A stretch of 64,000 bases of DNA from Octopus sinensis (lineage: Eukaryota), in the NCBI RefSeq assembly GCF_006345805.1, contig NC_043002.1, positions 58,156,001 to 58,220,000 of the forward strand. Direction: 5' to 3'. The translations under genes and the position numbers were made by a program. The notes under the pieces were generated by a model. That model was not told the DNA's origin, searched no databases, and was given only the letters and a program-made list of their open reading frames with translations. This document shows positions 48,940 through 60,900 of this stretch, one piece after another; positions within the stretch are counted from its first letter, which is position 1; each line of letters starts with the position of its first letter.

Positions 48940-51900
48940 TTTTCATCGACTATTGTCCACTCAAGTTACTTTTCATCAACAATTGTCCAATCAATTTACT
49001 TAACCTCGACTGCTGCCCAATCTAGTTACTTCTCATCGACTGTGGTCCACTCTAGTTTCTTTCCATCAACTGCTGTCCATTCTAGTTACTTTCCATGGAC
49101 AATTGTCCACTCTAGTTACTTTTCCTCAGCTATCGTCCACTCTAGTTACTTTTCATCAACTATTGTCAATTCTAGTTACTTTTCATCAACTGCTGTCCAC
49201 TCTAGTTACTTTTCATGGACAGTTGTCCACTCAAGTTACTTTTCATCAACAATCGTCTAATCAATTTACTTTACCTCAACTGCTGTCCACTCTAGTTACT
49301 TTTCATCGACTGTGGTCCACTCTAGTTACTTTTCATCAACTGCTGTCCACTCTAGTTACTTTTCATGGAAAGTTGTCCACTCTAGTTACTTTACCTCAGC
49401 TACCGTCCACTCTAGTTACTTTACCTCAGCTACCGTCCACTCTAGTTACTTTTCATCGACTGCTGTCAATTCTAGTTACTTTTCATGAACAGTTGTCCAC
49501 TCTAGTTACTTTACCTCAGCTACCGTCCACTCTAGTTACTTTTCATCGATTACTGTCAATTCTAGTTACTTTTCATCAACTGCTGTCCACTCTAGTTACT
49601 TTTCATGAACAGTTGCCCACTCTAGTTACTTTACCTAAGCTACCGTCCACTCTAGTTACTTTTCATCAACTGTTGTCAATTCTAGTTACTTTTCATCAAC
49701 TGCTGTCCATTCTAGTTACTTTTCATGGACAATTGTCCACTCTAGTTACTTTTCATCAACTGTTGTCAATTCTAGTTACTTTTCATCAACTGCTGTCCAT
49801 TCTAATTACTTTTCATGGACAATTGTCCACTCTAGTTACTTTTCCTCAGCTATGGTCCACTCTAGTTACTTTTCATCAACTGTTGTCAATTCTAGTTACT
49901 TTTCATCAACTGCTGTCCACTCTAGTTACTTTTCATGGACAGTTGTCCACTCAAGTTACTTTTCATCAACAATCGTCCAATCAATTTACTTTACCTCGAC
50001 TGCTGTCAATTCTAGTTACTTTTCATGAACAGTTGTCCACTCTAGTTACTTTACCTCAGCAATCGTCCACTCTAGTTACTTTTCATCGACTACTGTCAAT
50101 TCTAGTTACTTTTCATCAAATGCTGTCCACTCTAGTTACTTTTCATGAACAGTTGTCCACTCTAGTTACTTTACCTCAGCTACCGTCCACTCTAGTTACT
50201 TTTCATCAACTGTTGTCAATTCTAGTTACTTTTCATCAACTGCTGTCCACTCTAGTTACTTTTCATGAACAGTTGTCCACTCTAGTTACTTTACCTCAGC
50301 TACCGTCCACTCTAGTTACTTTTCATCAACTGTTGTCAATTCTAGTTACTTTTCATCAACTGCTGTCCATTCGGGTTACTTTTCATGGACAATTGTCCAC
50401 TCTAGTTACTTTTCCTCAGCTATCGTCCACTCTAGTTACTTTTCATCAACTGTTGTCAATTCTAGTTACTTTTCATCAACTGCTGTCCACTCTAGTTACT
50501 TTTCATGGACAGTTGTCCACTCAAGTTACTTTTCATCAACAATCGTCCAATCAATTTACTTTACCTCAACTGCTGTCCACTCTAGTTACTTTTCATCGAC
50601 TGTGGTCCACTCTAGTTACTTTTCATCAACTGCTGTCCACTCTAGTTACTTTTCATGGACAGTTGTCCACTCTAGTTACTTTACCTCAGCTACCGTCCAC
50701 TCTAGTTACTTTTCATCGACTGCTGTCAATTCTAGTTACTTTTCATGAACAGTTGTCCACTCTAGTTACTTTACCTCAGCTACCGTCCACTCTAGTTACT
50801 TTTCATCGACTACTGTCATTTCTAGTTACTTTTCATCAACTGCTGTCCACTCTAGTTACTTTTCATGAACAGTTGTCCACTCTAGTTACTTTACCTCAGC
50901 TACCGTGCACTCTAGTTACTTTTCATCAACTGTTGTCAATTCTAGTTACTTTTCTTCAACTGCTGTCCACTCTAGTTACTTTTCATGGACAGTTGTCCAC
51001 TCTAGTTACTTTTCATCAACTGTTGTCAATTCTAGTTACTTTTCATCAACTGCTGTCCACTCTAGTTACTATTCATGGACAGTTGTCCACTCAAGTTACT
51101 TTTCGTCAACAATCGTCCAATCAATTTACTTTATCTCGACTGCTGTCCACTCTAGTTACTTTTCATCGACTGTGGTCCACTCTAGTTACTTTTCATCAAC
51201 TGCTGTCCACTCTAGTTACTTTTCATGAACTGCTGTCCATTCTAGTTACTTTTCATGGACAATTGTCCACTCTAGTTACTTTTCATGAACAGTTGACCAC
51301 TCTAGTTACTTTACCTAAGCTACAGTCCACTCTAGTTACTTTTCATCAACTGTTGTCAATTCTAGTTACTTTTCATCAACTGCTGTCCATTCTAGTTACT
51401 TTTCATGGACAATTGTCCACTCTAGTTACTTTTCATGGACAGTTGTCCACTCAAGTTACTTTTCATCAACAATCGTCCAATCAATTTACTTTACCTCGAC
51501 TGCTGTCAATTCTAGTTACTTTTCATGAACAGTTGTCCACTCTAGTTACTTTACCTCCGCTATCGTCCACTCTAGTTACTTTTCATCGACTACTGTCAAT
51601 TCTAGTTACTTTTCATCAAATGCTGTCCACTCTAGTTACTTTTCATGAACAGTTGTCCACTCTAGTTACTTTACCTCAGCTACCGTCCACTCTAGTTACT
51701 TTTCATCAACTGTTGTCAATTCTAGTTACTTTTCATCAACTGCTGTCCACTCTAGTTACTTTTCATGAACAGTTGTCCACTCTAGTTACTTTACCTCAGC
51801 TACCGTCCACTCTAGTTACTTTTCATCAACTGTTATCAATTCTAGTTACTTTTCATCAACTGCTGTCCATTCGGGTTACTTTTCATGGACAATTGTCCAC

Positions 51901-54900
51901 TCTAGTTACTTTTCCTCAGCTATCGTCCACTCTAGTTACTTTTCATCAACTGTTGTCAATTCTAGTTACTTTTCATCAACTGCTGTCCACTCTAGTTACT
52001 TTTCATGGACAGTTGTCCACTCAAGTTACTTTTCATCAACAATCGTCCAATCAATTTACTTTACCTCGACTGCTGTCCACTCTAGTTACTTTTCATCGAC
52101 TGTGGTCCACTCTAGTTACTTTTCATCAACTGCTGTCAACTCTAGTTACTTTTCATGGACAGTTGTCCACTCTAGTTACTTTACCTCAGCTACCGTCCAC
52201 TCTAGTTACTTTTCATCGACTGCTGTCAATTCTAGTTACTTTTCATGAACAGTTGTCCACTCTAGTTACTTTACCTCAGCTACCGTCCACTCTAGTTACT
52301 TTTCATCAACTGTTGTCAATTCTAGTTACTTTTCATCAACTGCTGTCCACTCTAGTTAATTTTCATGAACAGTTGTCCACTCTAGTTACTTTACCTCAGC
52401 TACCGTCCACTCTAGTTACTTTTCATCAACTGTTGTCAATTCTAGTTACTTTTCATCAACTGCTGTCCACTCTAGTTAATTTTCATGAACAGTTGACCAC
52501 TCTAGTTACTTTACCTCAGCTACCGTGCACTCTAGTTACTTTTCATCAACTGTTGTCAATTCTAGTTACTTTTCATCAACTGCTGTCCACTCTAGTTACT
52601 TTTCATGAACAGTTGTCCACTCTAGTTACTTTACCTCAGCTACCGTCCACTCTAGTTACTTTTCATCAACTGTTGCCAATTCTAGTTACTTTCCATCAAC
52701 TGCTGTCCATTCTAGATACTTTTCATGGACAATTGTCCACTCTAGTTACTTTTCCTCAGCTATCGTCCACTCTAGTTACTTTTCATCAACTGTTGTCAAT
52801 TCTAGTTACTTTTCATCAACTGCTGTCCACTCTAGTTACTTTTCATGGACGGTTGTCCACTCTAGTTACGTTTTATCAACAATCGTCCAATCAATTTACT
52901 TTACCTCGACTGCTGTCCACTCTAGTTACTTTTCATCGACTGTGGTCCACTCTAGTTACTTTTCATCAACTGCTGTCCACTCTAGTTACTTTTCATGGAC
53001 AGTTGTCCACTCTAGTTACTTTTCATGGACAGTAGTCCACTCAAGTTACTTTTCATCAACTGCTGACCACTCTAGTTAATTTTCATGAACAGTTGTCCAC
53101 TCTAGTTACTTTACCTCAGCTACCGTGCACTCTAGTTACTTTTCATCAACTGTTGTCAATTCTAGTTACTTTTCATCAACTGCTGTCCAATCTAAGTAGT
53201 TTTCATGAACAGTTGTCCACTCTAGTTACTTTACCTCAGCTACCGTCCACTCTAGTTACTTTTCATCAACTGTTGTCAATTCTAGTTACTTTTCATCACC
53301 TGCTGTCCATTCTAGTTACTTTTCATGGACAATTGTCCACTCTAGTTACTTTTCCTCAGCTATCGTCCACTCTAGTTACTTTTCATCAACTGTTGTCAAT
53401 TCTAGTTACTTTTCATCAACTGCTGTCCACTCTAGTTACTTTTCATGGTCAGTTGTCCACTCTAGTTACTTTTCATCAACTGTTGTCAATTCTAGTTACT
53501 TTTCATCAACTGCTGTCCACTCTAGTTACTTTTCATGGACAGTTGTCCACTCAAATTACTTTTCATCAACAATCGTTCAATCAATTTACTTTACCTCGAC
53601 TGCTGTCCACTCTAGTTACTTTTCATCGACTGTGGTCCACTCTAGTTACTTTTCATCAACTACTGTCCACTCTAGTTACTTTTCATGGACAGTTGTCCAC
53701 TCTAGTTACTTTACCTCAGCTACCATCCACTCTAGTTACTTTTCATCGACTGCTGTCAATTCTAGTTACTTTTCATGAACAGTTGTCCACTCTAGTTACT
53801 TTACCTCTGCTACCGTCCACTCTAGTTACTTTTCATCGACTACTGTCAATTCTAGTTACTTTTCATCAACTGCTGTCCACTCTAGTTACTTTTCATGAAC
53901 AGTTGTCCACTCTAGTTACTTTACCTCAGCTACCGTCCACTCTAGTTACTTTTCATCAACTGTTGTCAATTCTAGTTACTTTTCATCAACTGCTGTCCAC
54001 TCTAGTTAATTTTCATGAACAGTTGTCCACTCTAGTTACTTTACCTCAGCTAACGTGCACTCTAGTTACTTTTCATCAACTGTTGTCAATTCTAGTTACT
54101 TTTCATCAACTGCTGTCCACTCTAGTTACTTTTCATGAACAGTTGTCCACTCTAGTTACTTTACCTCAGCTACCGTCCACTCTAGTTACTTTTCACCAAC
54201 TGTTGTCAATTCTAGTTACTTTTTATCAACTGCTGTCCATTCTAGTTACTTTTCATGGACAATTGTCAACTCTAGTTACTTTTCCTCAGCTATCGTCCAC
54301 TCTAGTTACTTTTCATCAACTGTTGTCAATTCTAGTTACTTTTCATCAACTGCTGTCCACTCTAGTTACCTTTCATTGACAGTTGTCCACTCTAGTTACT
54401 TTTCATCAACTGTTGTCAATTCTAGTTACTTTTCATTAACTGCTGTCCACTCTAGTTACTTTTCATGGACAGTTGTCCACTCAAGTTACTTTTCATCAAC
54501 AATCGTCCAATCAATTTACTTTACCTCGACTGCTGTCCACTCTAGTTACTTTTCATCGACTGTGGTCCACTCTAGTTACTTTTCATCAACTGCTGTCCAT
54601 TCTAGTTACTTTTCATGGACAATTGTCCACTCTAGTTACTTTTCCTCAGCTATCGTCCACTCTAGTTACTTTTCATCAACTGTTGTCAATTCTAGTTACT
54701 TTTCATCAACTGCTGTCCACTCTAGTTACTTTTCATGGACAGTTGTCCACTCTAGTTACTTTTTATCAACAATCGTCCAATCAATTTACTTTACCTCGAC
54801 TGCTGTTCACTCTAGTTAATTTTCATCGACTGTGGTCCACTCTAGTTACTTTTCATCAACTGCTGTCCACTCTAGTTACTTTTCATGGACAGTTGTCCAC

Positions 54901-57900
54901 TCTAGTTACTTTTCATGGACAGTAGTCCACTCAAGTTACTTTTCATCAACTGCTGTCCACTCTAGTTAATTTTCATGAACAGTTGTCCACTCTAGTTACT
55001 TTACCTCAGCTACCGTGCACTCTACTTACTTTTCATCAACTGTTGTCAATTCTAGTTACTTTTCATCAACTGCTGTCCACTCTAGTTACTTTCTCATGAA
55101 CATTGTCCACTCTAGTTACTTTACCTCAGCTACCGTCCACTCTAGTTACTTTTCATCAACTGTTGTCAATTCTAGTTACTTTTCATCAACTGCTGTCCAT
55201 TCTAGTTACTTTTCATGGACAATTGTCCACTCTAGTTACTTTTCCTCAGCTATCGTCCACTCTAGTTACTTTTCATCAACTGTTGTCAATTCTAGTTACT
55301 TTTCATCAACTGCTGTCCACTCTAGTTACTTTACCTCAGCTACCGTCCACTCTAGTTACTTTTCATCAAGTGTTGTCAATTCTAGTTACTTTTCATCAAC
55401 TGCTGTCCACTCTAGTTACTTTTCATGAACAGTTGTCCACTCTAGTTACTTTACCTCAGCTACCGTCCACTCTAGTTACTTTTCATCAACTGTTGTCAAT
55501 TCTAGTTACTTTTCATCAACTGCTGTCCACTCTAGTTAATTTTCATGAACAGTTGTCCACTCTAGTTACTTTACCTCAGCTACCGTGCACTCTAGTTACT
55601 TTTCATCAACTGTTGTCAATTCTAGTTACTTTTCATCAACTGCTGTCCACTCTAGTTACTTTTCATGAACAGTTGTCCACTCTAGTTACTTTACCTCAGC
55701 TACCGTCCACTCTAGTTACTTTTCATCAACTGTTGACAATTCTAGTTACTTTTCATCAACTGCTGTCCATTCTAGTTACTTTTCATGGACAATTGTCCAC
55801 TCTAGTTACTTTTCCTCAGCTATCGTCCACTCTAGTTACTTTTCATCAACTGTTGTCAATTCTAGTTACTTCTCATCAACTGCTGTCCACTCTAGTTACT
55901 TTTCATGGACAGTTGTCCACTCTAGTTACTTTTTATCAACAATCGTCCAATCAATTTACTTTACCTCGACTGCTGTCCACTCTAGTTACTTTTCATCGAC
56001 TGTGGTCCACTCTAGTTACTTTTCATCAACTGCTGTCCACTCTAGTTACTTTTCATGGACAGTTGTCCACTCTAGTTACTTTACTTCAGCTACCGTCCAC
56101 TCTAGTTACTTTTCATCGACTGCTGTCAATTGTAGTTACTTTTCATGAACAGTTGTCCACTCTAGTTACTTTACCTCAGCTACCGTCCACTCTAGTTACT
56201 TTTCATCGACTACTGTCAATTCTAGTTACTTTTCATCAACTGCTGTCCACTCTAGTTACTTTTCATGAACAGTTGTCCACTCTAGTTACTTTACCTCAGC
56301 TACCGTCCACTCTAGTTACTTTTCATCAACTGTTGTCAATTCTAGTTACTTTTCATCAACTGCTGTCCATTCTAGTTACTTTTCATGGACAATTGTCCAC
56401 TCTAGTTACTTTTCCTCAGCTATCGTCGACTCTACTTACTTTTCATCAACTGTTGTCAATTCTAGTTACTTTTCAATAACTGTTGTCCACTCTATTTACT
56501 TTTCATGAACAGTTGTCCACTCTAGTTACTTTACCTCAGCTACCGTCCACTATAGTTACTTTTCATCAACTGTTGCCAATTCTAGTTACTTTTCATTAAC
56601 TGCTGGCCACTCTAGTTACTTTTCATGGACAGTTGTCCACTCTAGTTACTTTTTATCAACAATCGTCTAATCAATTTACTTTACCTCGACTGCTGTCCAC
56701 TCTAGTTACTTTTCATCGACTGTGGTCCACTCTAGTTACTTTTCATCAACTGCTGTCCACTCTAGTTACTTTTCATGGACAGTTGTCCACTCTAGTTACT
56801 TTTCATGGACAGTAGTCCACTCAAGTTACTTTTCATCAACTGCTGTCCACTCTAGTTACTTTTCATGAACAGTTGTCCACTCTAGTTACTTTACCTCAGC
56901 TACCGTCCACTCTAGTTACTTTTCATCGACTGTTGTCAATTCTAGTTACTTTTCATCAACTGCTGTCCACTCTAGTTAATTTTCATGAACAGTTGTCCAC
57001 TCTAGTTACTTTACCTCAGCTACCGTGCACTCTAGTTACTTTTCATCAACTGTTGTCAATTCTAGTTACTTTTCATCAACTGCTGTCCACTCTAGTTACT
57101 TTTCATGAACAGTTGTCCACTCTAGTTACTTTACCTCAGCTACCGTCCACTCTAGTTACTTTTCATCAACTGTTGTCAATTCTAGTTACTTTTCATCAAC
57201 TGCTGTCCATTCTAGTTACTTTTCATGGATAATTGTCAACTCTAGTTACTTTTCCTCAGCTATCGTCCACTCTAGTTACTTTTCATCAACTGTTGTCAAT
57301 TCTAGTTACTTTTCTTCAACTGCTGTCCACTCTAGTTACTTTTCATGGACAGTTGTCCACTCTAGTTACTTTTCATCGACTGTGGTCCACTCTAGTTACT
57401 TTTCATCAACTGCTGTCAACTCTAGTTACTTTTCATGGACAGTTGTCCACTCTAGTTACTTTACCTCAGCTACCGTCCACTCTAGTTACTTTTCATCGAC
57501 TGCTGTCAATTCTAGTTACTTTTCATGAACAGTTGTCCACTCTAGTTACTTTACCTCAGCTACCGTCCACTCTAGTTACTTTTCATCGACTACTGTCAAT
57601 TCTAGTTACTTTTCATCAACTGCTGTCCACTCTAGTTACTTTTCATGAACAGTTGTCCACTCTAGTTACTTTACCTCAGCTACCGTGCACTCTAGTTACT
57701 TTTCATCAACTGTTGTCAATTCTAGTTAATTTTCATCAACTGCTGTCCACTCTAGTTACTTTTCATGAACAGTTGTCCACTCTAGTTACTTTAGCTCAGC
57801 TACCGTCCACTCTAGTTACTTTTCATCAAGTGTTGTCAATTCTAGTTTCTTTTCATCAACTGCTGTCCATTCTAGTTACTTTTCATGGACAATTGTCCAC

Positions 57901-60900
57901 TTTAGTTACTTTTCCTCATCTATCGTCGACTCTAGTTACTTTTCATCAACTGTTGTCAATTCTAGTTACTTTTCATCAACTGCTGTCCACTCTAGTTACT
58001 TTTCATGGACAGTTGTCCACTCAAGTTACTTTTCATCAACAATCGTCCAATCAATTTACTTTACCTCGACTGCTGTCCACTCTAGTTACTTTTCATCGAC
58101 TGTGGTCCACTCTAGTTACTTTTCATCAACTGCTGTCCACTCTAGTTACTTTTCATGTACAGTTGTCCACTCTAGTTACTTTACCTCAGCTACCGTCCAC
58201 TCTAGTTACTTTTCATCGACTGCTGTCAATTCTAGTTACTTTTCATGAACAGTTGTCCACTCTAGTTACTTTACCTCAGCTACCGTCCACTCTAGTTACT
58301 TTTCATCGACTACTGTCAATTCTAGTTACTTTTCATCAACTGCTGTCCACTCTAGTTACTTTTCATGAACAGTTGTCCACTCTAGTTACTTTACCTCAGC
58401 TACCGTCCACTCTAGTTACTTTTCATCAACTGTTGTCAATTCTAGTTACTTTTCATCAACTGCTGTCCACTCTAGTTACTTTTCATGAACAGTTGTCCAC
58501 TCTAGTTACTTTACCTCAGCTACCGTGCACTCTAGTTACTTTTCATCAACTGTTGTCAATTCTAGTTACTTTTCATCAACTGCTGTCCACTCTAGTTACT
58601 TTTCATGAACAGTTGTCCACTCTAGTTACTTTACCTCAGCTACCGTCCACTCTAGTTACTTTTCATCAACTGTTGCCAATTCTAGTTACTTTTCATTAAC
58701 TGCTGTCCACTCTAGTTACTTTTCATGGACAGTTGTCCACTCTAGTTACTTTTTATCAACAATCGTCTAATCAATTTACTTTACCTCGACTGCTGTCCAC
58801 TCTAGTTACTTTTCATCGACTGTGGTCCACTCTAGTTACTTTTCAATCACTGCTGTCCACTCTAGTTACTTTTCAGGGACAGTTGTCCACTCTAGTTACT
58901 TTTCATGGACAGTAGTCCACTCAAGTTACTTTTCATCAACTGCTGTCCACTCTAGTTACTTTTCATGGACAGTTGTCCACTCTAGTTACTTTTCATCAAC
59001 TGTTGTCAATTCTAGTTACTTTTCTCAACTGCTGTCCACTCTAGTAACTTTTCATGGACAGTTGTCCACTCAAGTTACTTTTCATCAACAATCGCCAATC
59101 AATTTACTTTACCTCGACTGCTGTCCACTCTAGTTACTTTTCATCGGACTGTGGTCCACTCTAGTTACTTTTTCATCAACTGCTGTCCACTCTAGTTACT
59201 TTTCATGGACAGTTGTCCACTCTAGTTACTTTACCTCAGCTACCGTCCACTCTAGTTACTTTTCATCGACTGCTGTCAATTCTAGTTACTTTTCATGAAC
59301 AGTTGTCCACTCTAGTTACTTTACCTCAGCTACCGTCCACTCTAGTTACTTTTCATCGACTACTGTCAATTCTAGTTACTTTTCATCAACTGCTGTCCAC
59401 TCTAGTTAATTTTCATGAACAGTTGTCCACTCTAGTTACTTTACCTCAGCTACCGTCCACTCTAGTTACTTTTCATCAACTGTTGTCAATTCTAGTTACT
59501 TTTCATCAACTGCTGTCCACTCTAGGTACTTTTCATGAACAGTTGTCCACTCTAGTTACTTTACCTCAGCTACCGTGCACTCTAGTTACTTTTCATCAAC
59601 TGTTGTCAATTCTAGTTACTTTTCATCAACTGCTGTCCACTCTAGTTACTTTTCATGAACAGTTGTCCACTCTAGTTACTTTACCTCAGCTACCGTCCAC
59701 TCTAGTTACTTTTCATCAACTGTTGCCAATTCTAGTTACTTTTCATAAACTGCTGTCCACTCTAGTTACTTTTCATGGACAGTTGTCCACTCTAGTTACT
59801 TTTTATCAACAATCGTCTAATCAATTCACTTTACCTCGACTGCGTCCACTCTAGTTACTTTTCATCGACTGTGGTCCACTCTAGTTACTTTTCATCAACT
59901 GCTGTCCACTCTAGTTACTTTTCATGGACATTGTCCACTCTAGTCTTTTCATGGACAGTAGTCCACTCAAGTTACGTTTTCATCAACTGCGTGTCCACTC
60001 TAGTTACTTTTCATGAACAGTTGTCCACTCTAGTTACTTTACCTCAGCTACCGTCCACTCTAGTTACTTTTCATCAACTGTTGTCAATTCTAGTTACTTT
60101 TCATCAACTGCTGTCCACTCTAGTTACTTTCATGAACAGTTGTCCACTCTAGTTACTTTTCATGAACGGTTGTCCACTCTAGTTACTTTACCTCAGCTAC
60201 CGTGCACTCTAGTTACTTTCATCAACTGTTGTCGTCAATTCTAGTTACTTTTCATCAACTGCTGTCCACTCTAGTTACTTTTCATGAAACAGTTGTCCAC
60301 TCTAGTACTTTAGCTCAGCTACCGTCCACTCTAGTTACTTTTCATCAGGTGTTGTCAATTCTAGTTACTTTTCATCAACTGCTGTCCATTCTAGTTACTT
60401 TTCATGGACAATTGTCCACTTTAGTTACTTTTCCTCAGCTATCGTCGACTCTAGTTACTTTTCATCAACTGTTGTCAATTCTAGTTACTTTTCATCAACT
60501 GCTGTCCACTCTAGTTACTTTTCATGGACAGTTGTCCACTCTAGTTACTTTTCATCAACTGTTGTCAATTCTAGTTACTTTTCATCAACTGCTGTCCACT
60601 CTAGTTACTTTTCATGGACAGTTGTTCACTCAAGTTACTTTTCATCAAAATCGTCCAATCAATTTACTTTACCTCGACTGCTGTCCACTCTAGTTACTTT
60701 TCATCGACTGTGGTCCACTCTAGTTACTTTTCATCAACTGCTGTCCACTCTAGTTACTTTTCATGGACAGTTGTCCCACTCTAGTTACTTTACCTCAGCT
60801 ACCGTCCACTCTAGTTACTTTTCATCGACTGCTGTCAATTCTAGTTACTTTCATGAACAGTTGTCCACTCTAGTTACTTTACCTCAGCTACCGTCCACTC

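Larger units (their letters stand above)
45027..49003 (+). pseudogene. Unidentified multi-exon gene or pseudogene with very short introns, copy 2
   Basis: GC-richer blocks bounded by polypyrimidine-AG acceptors and GTAAGN/GTATGT donors. A stop-free chain of 46489-46637, 46861-46890, 46933-46966, 47036-47143, 47736-47941 and 48875-49003 gives about 218 aa. Upstream candidate exons (45027-45075, 45124-45204, ..45587, 45644..) contain stops. Confidence 0.5.

Noticed and set aside
49103-53035. 1310-aa LVTFHQLLST ORF as a real protein
   Set aside because: The consensus monomer is simply stop-free in this frame. Variation hits second positions, a TAA at 49001 cuts it from its exon start, and about a dozen stops follow, one of them propagated by amplification. 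Not fully excluded, because the 206-bp exon would splice into this frame.
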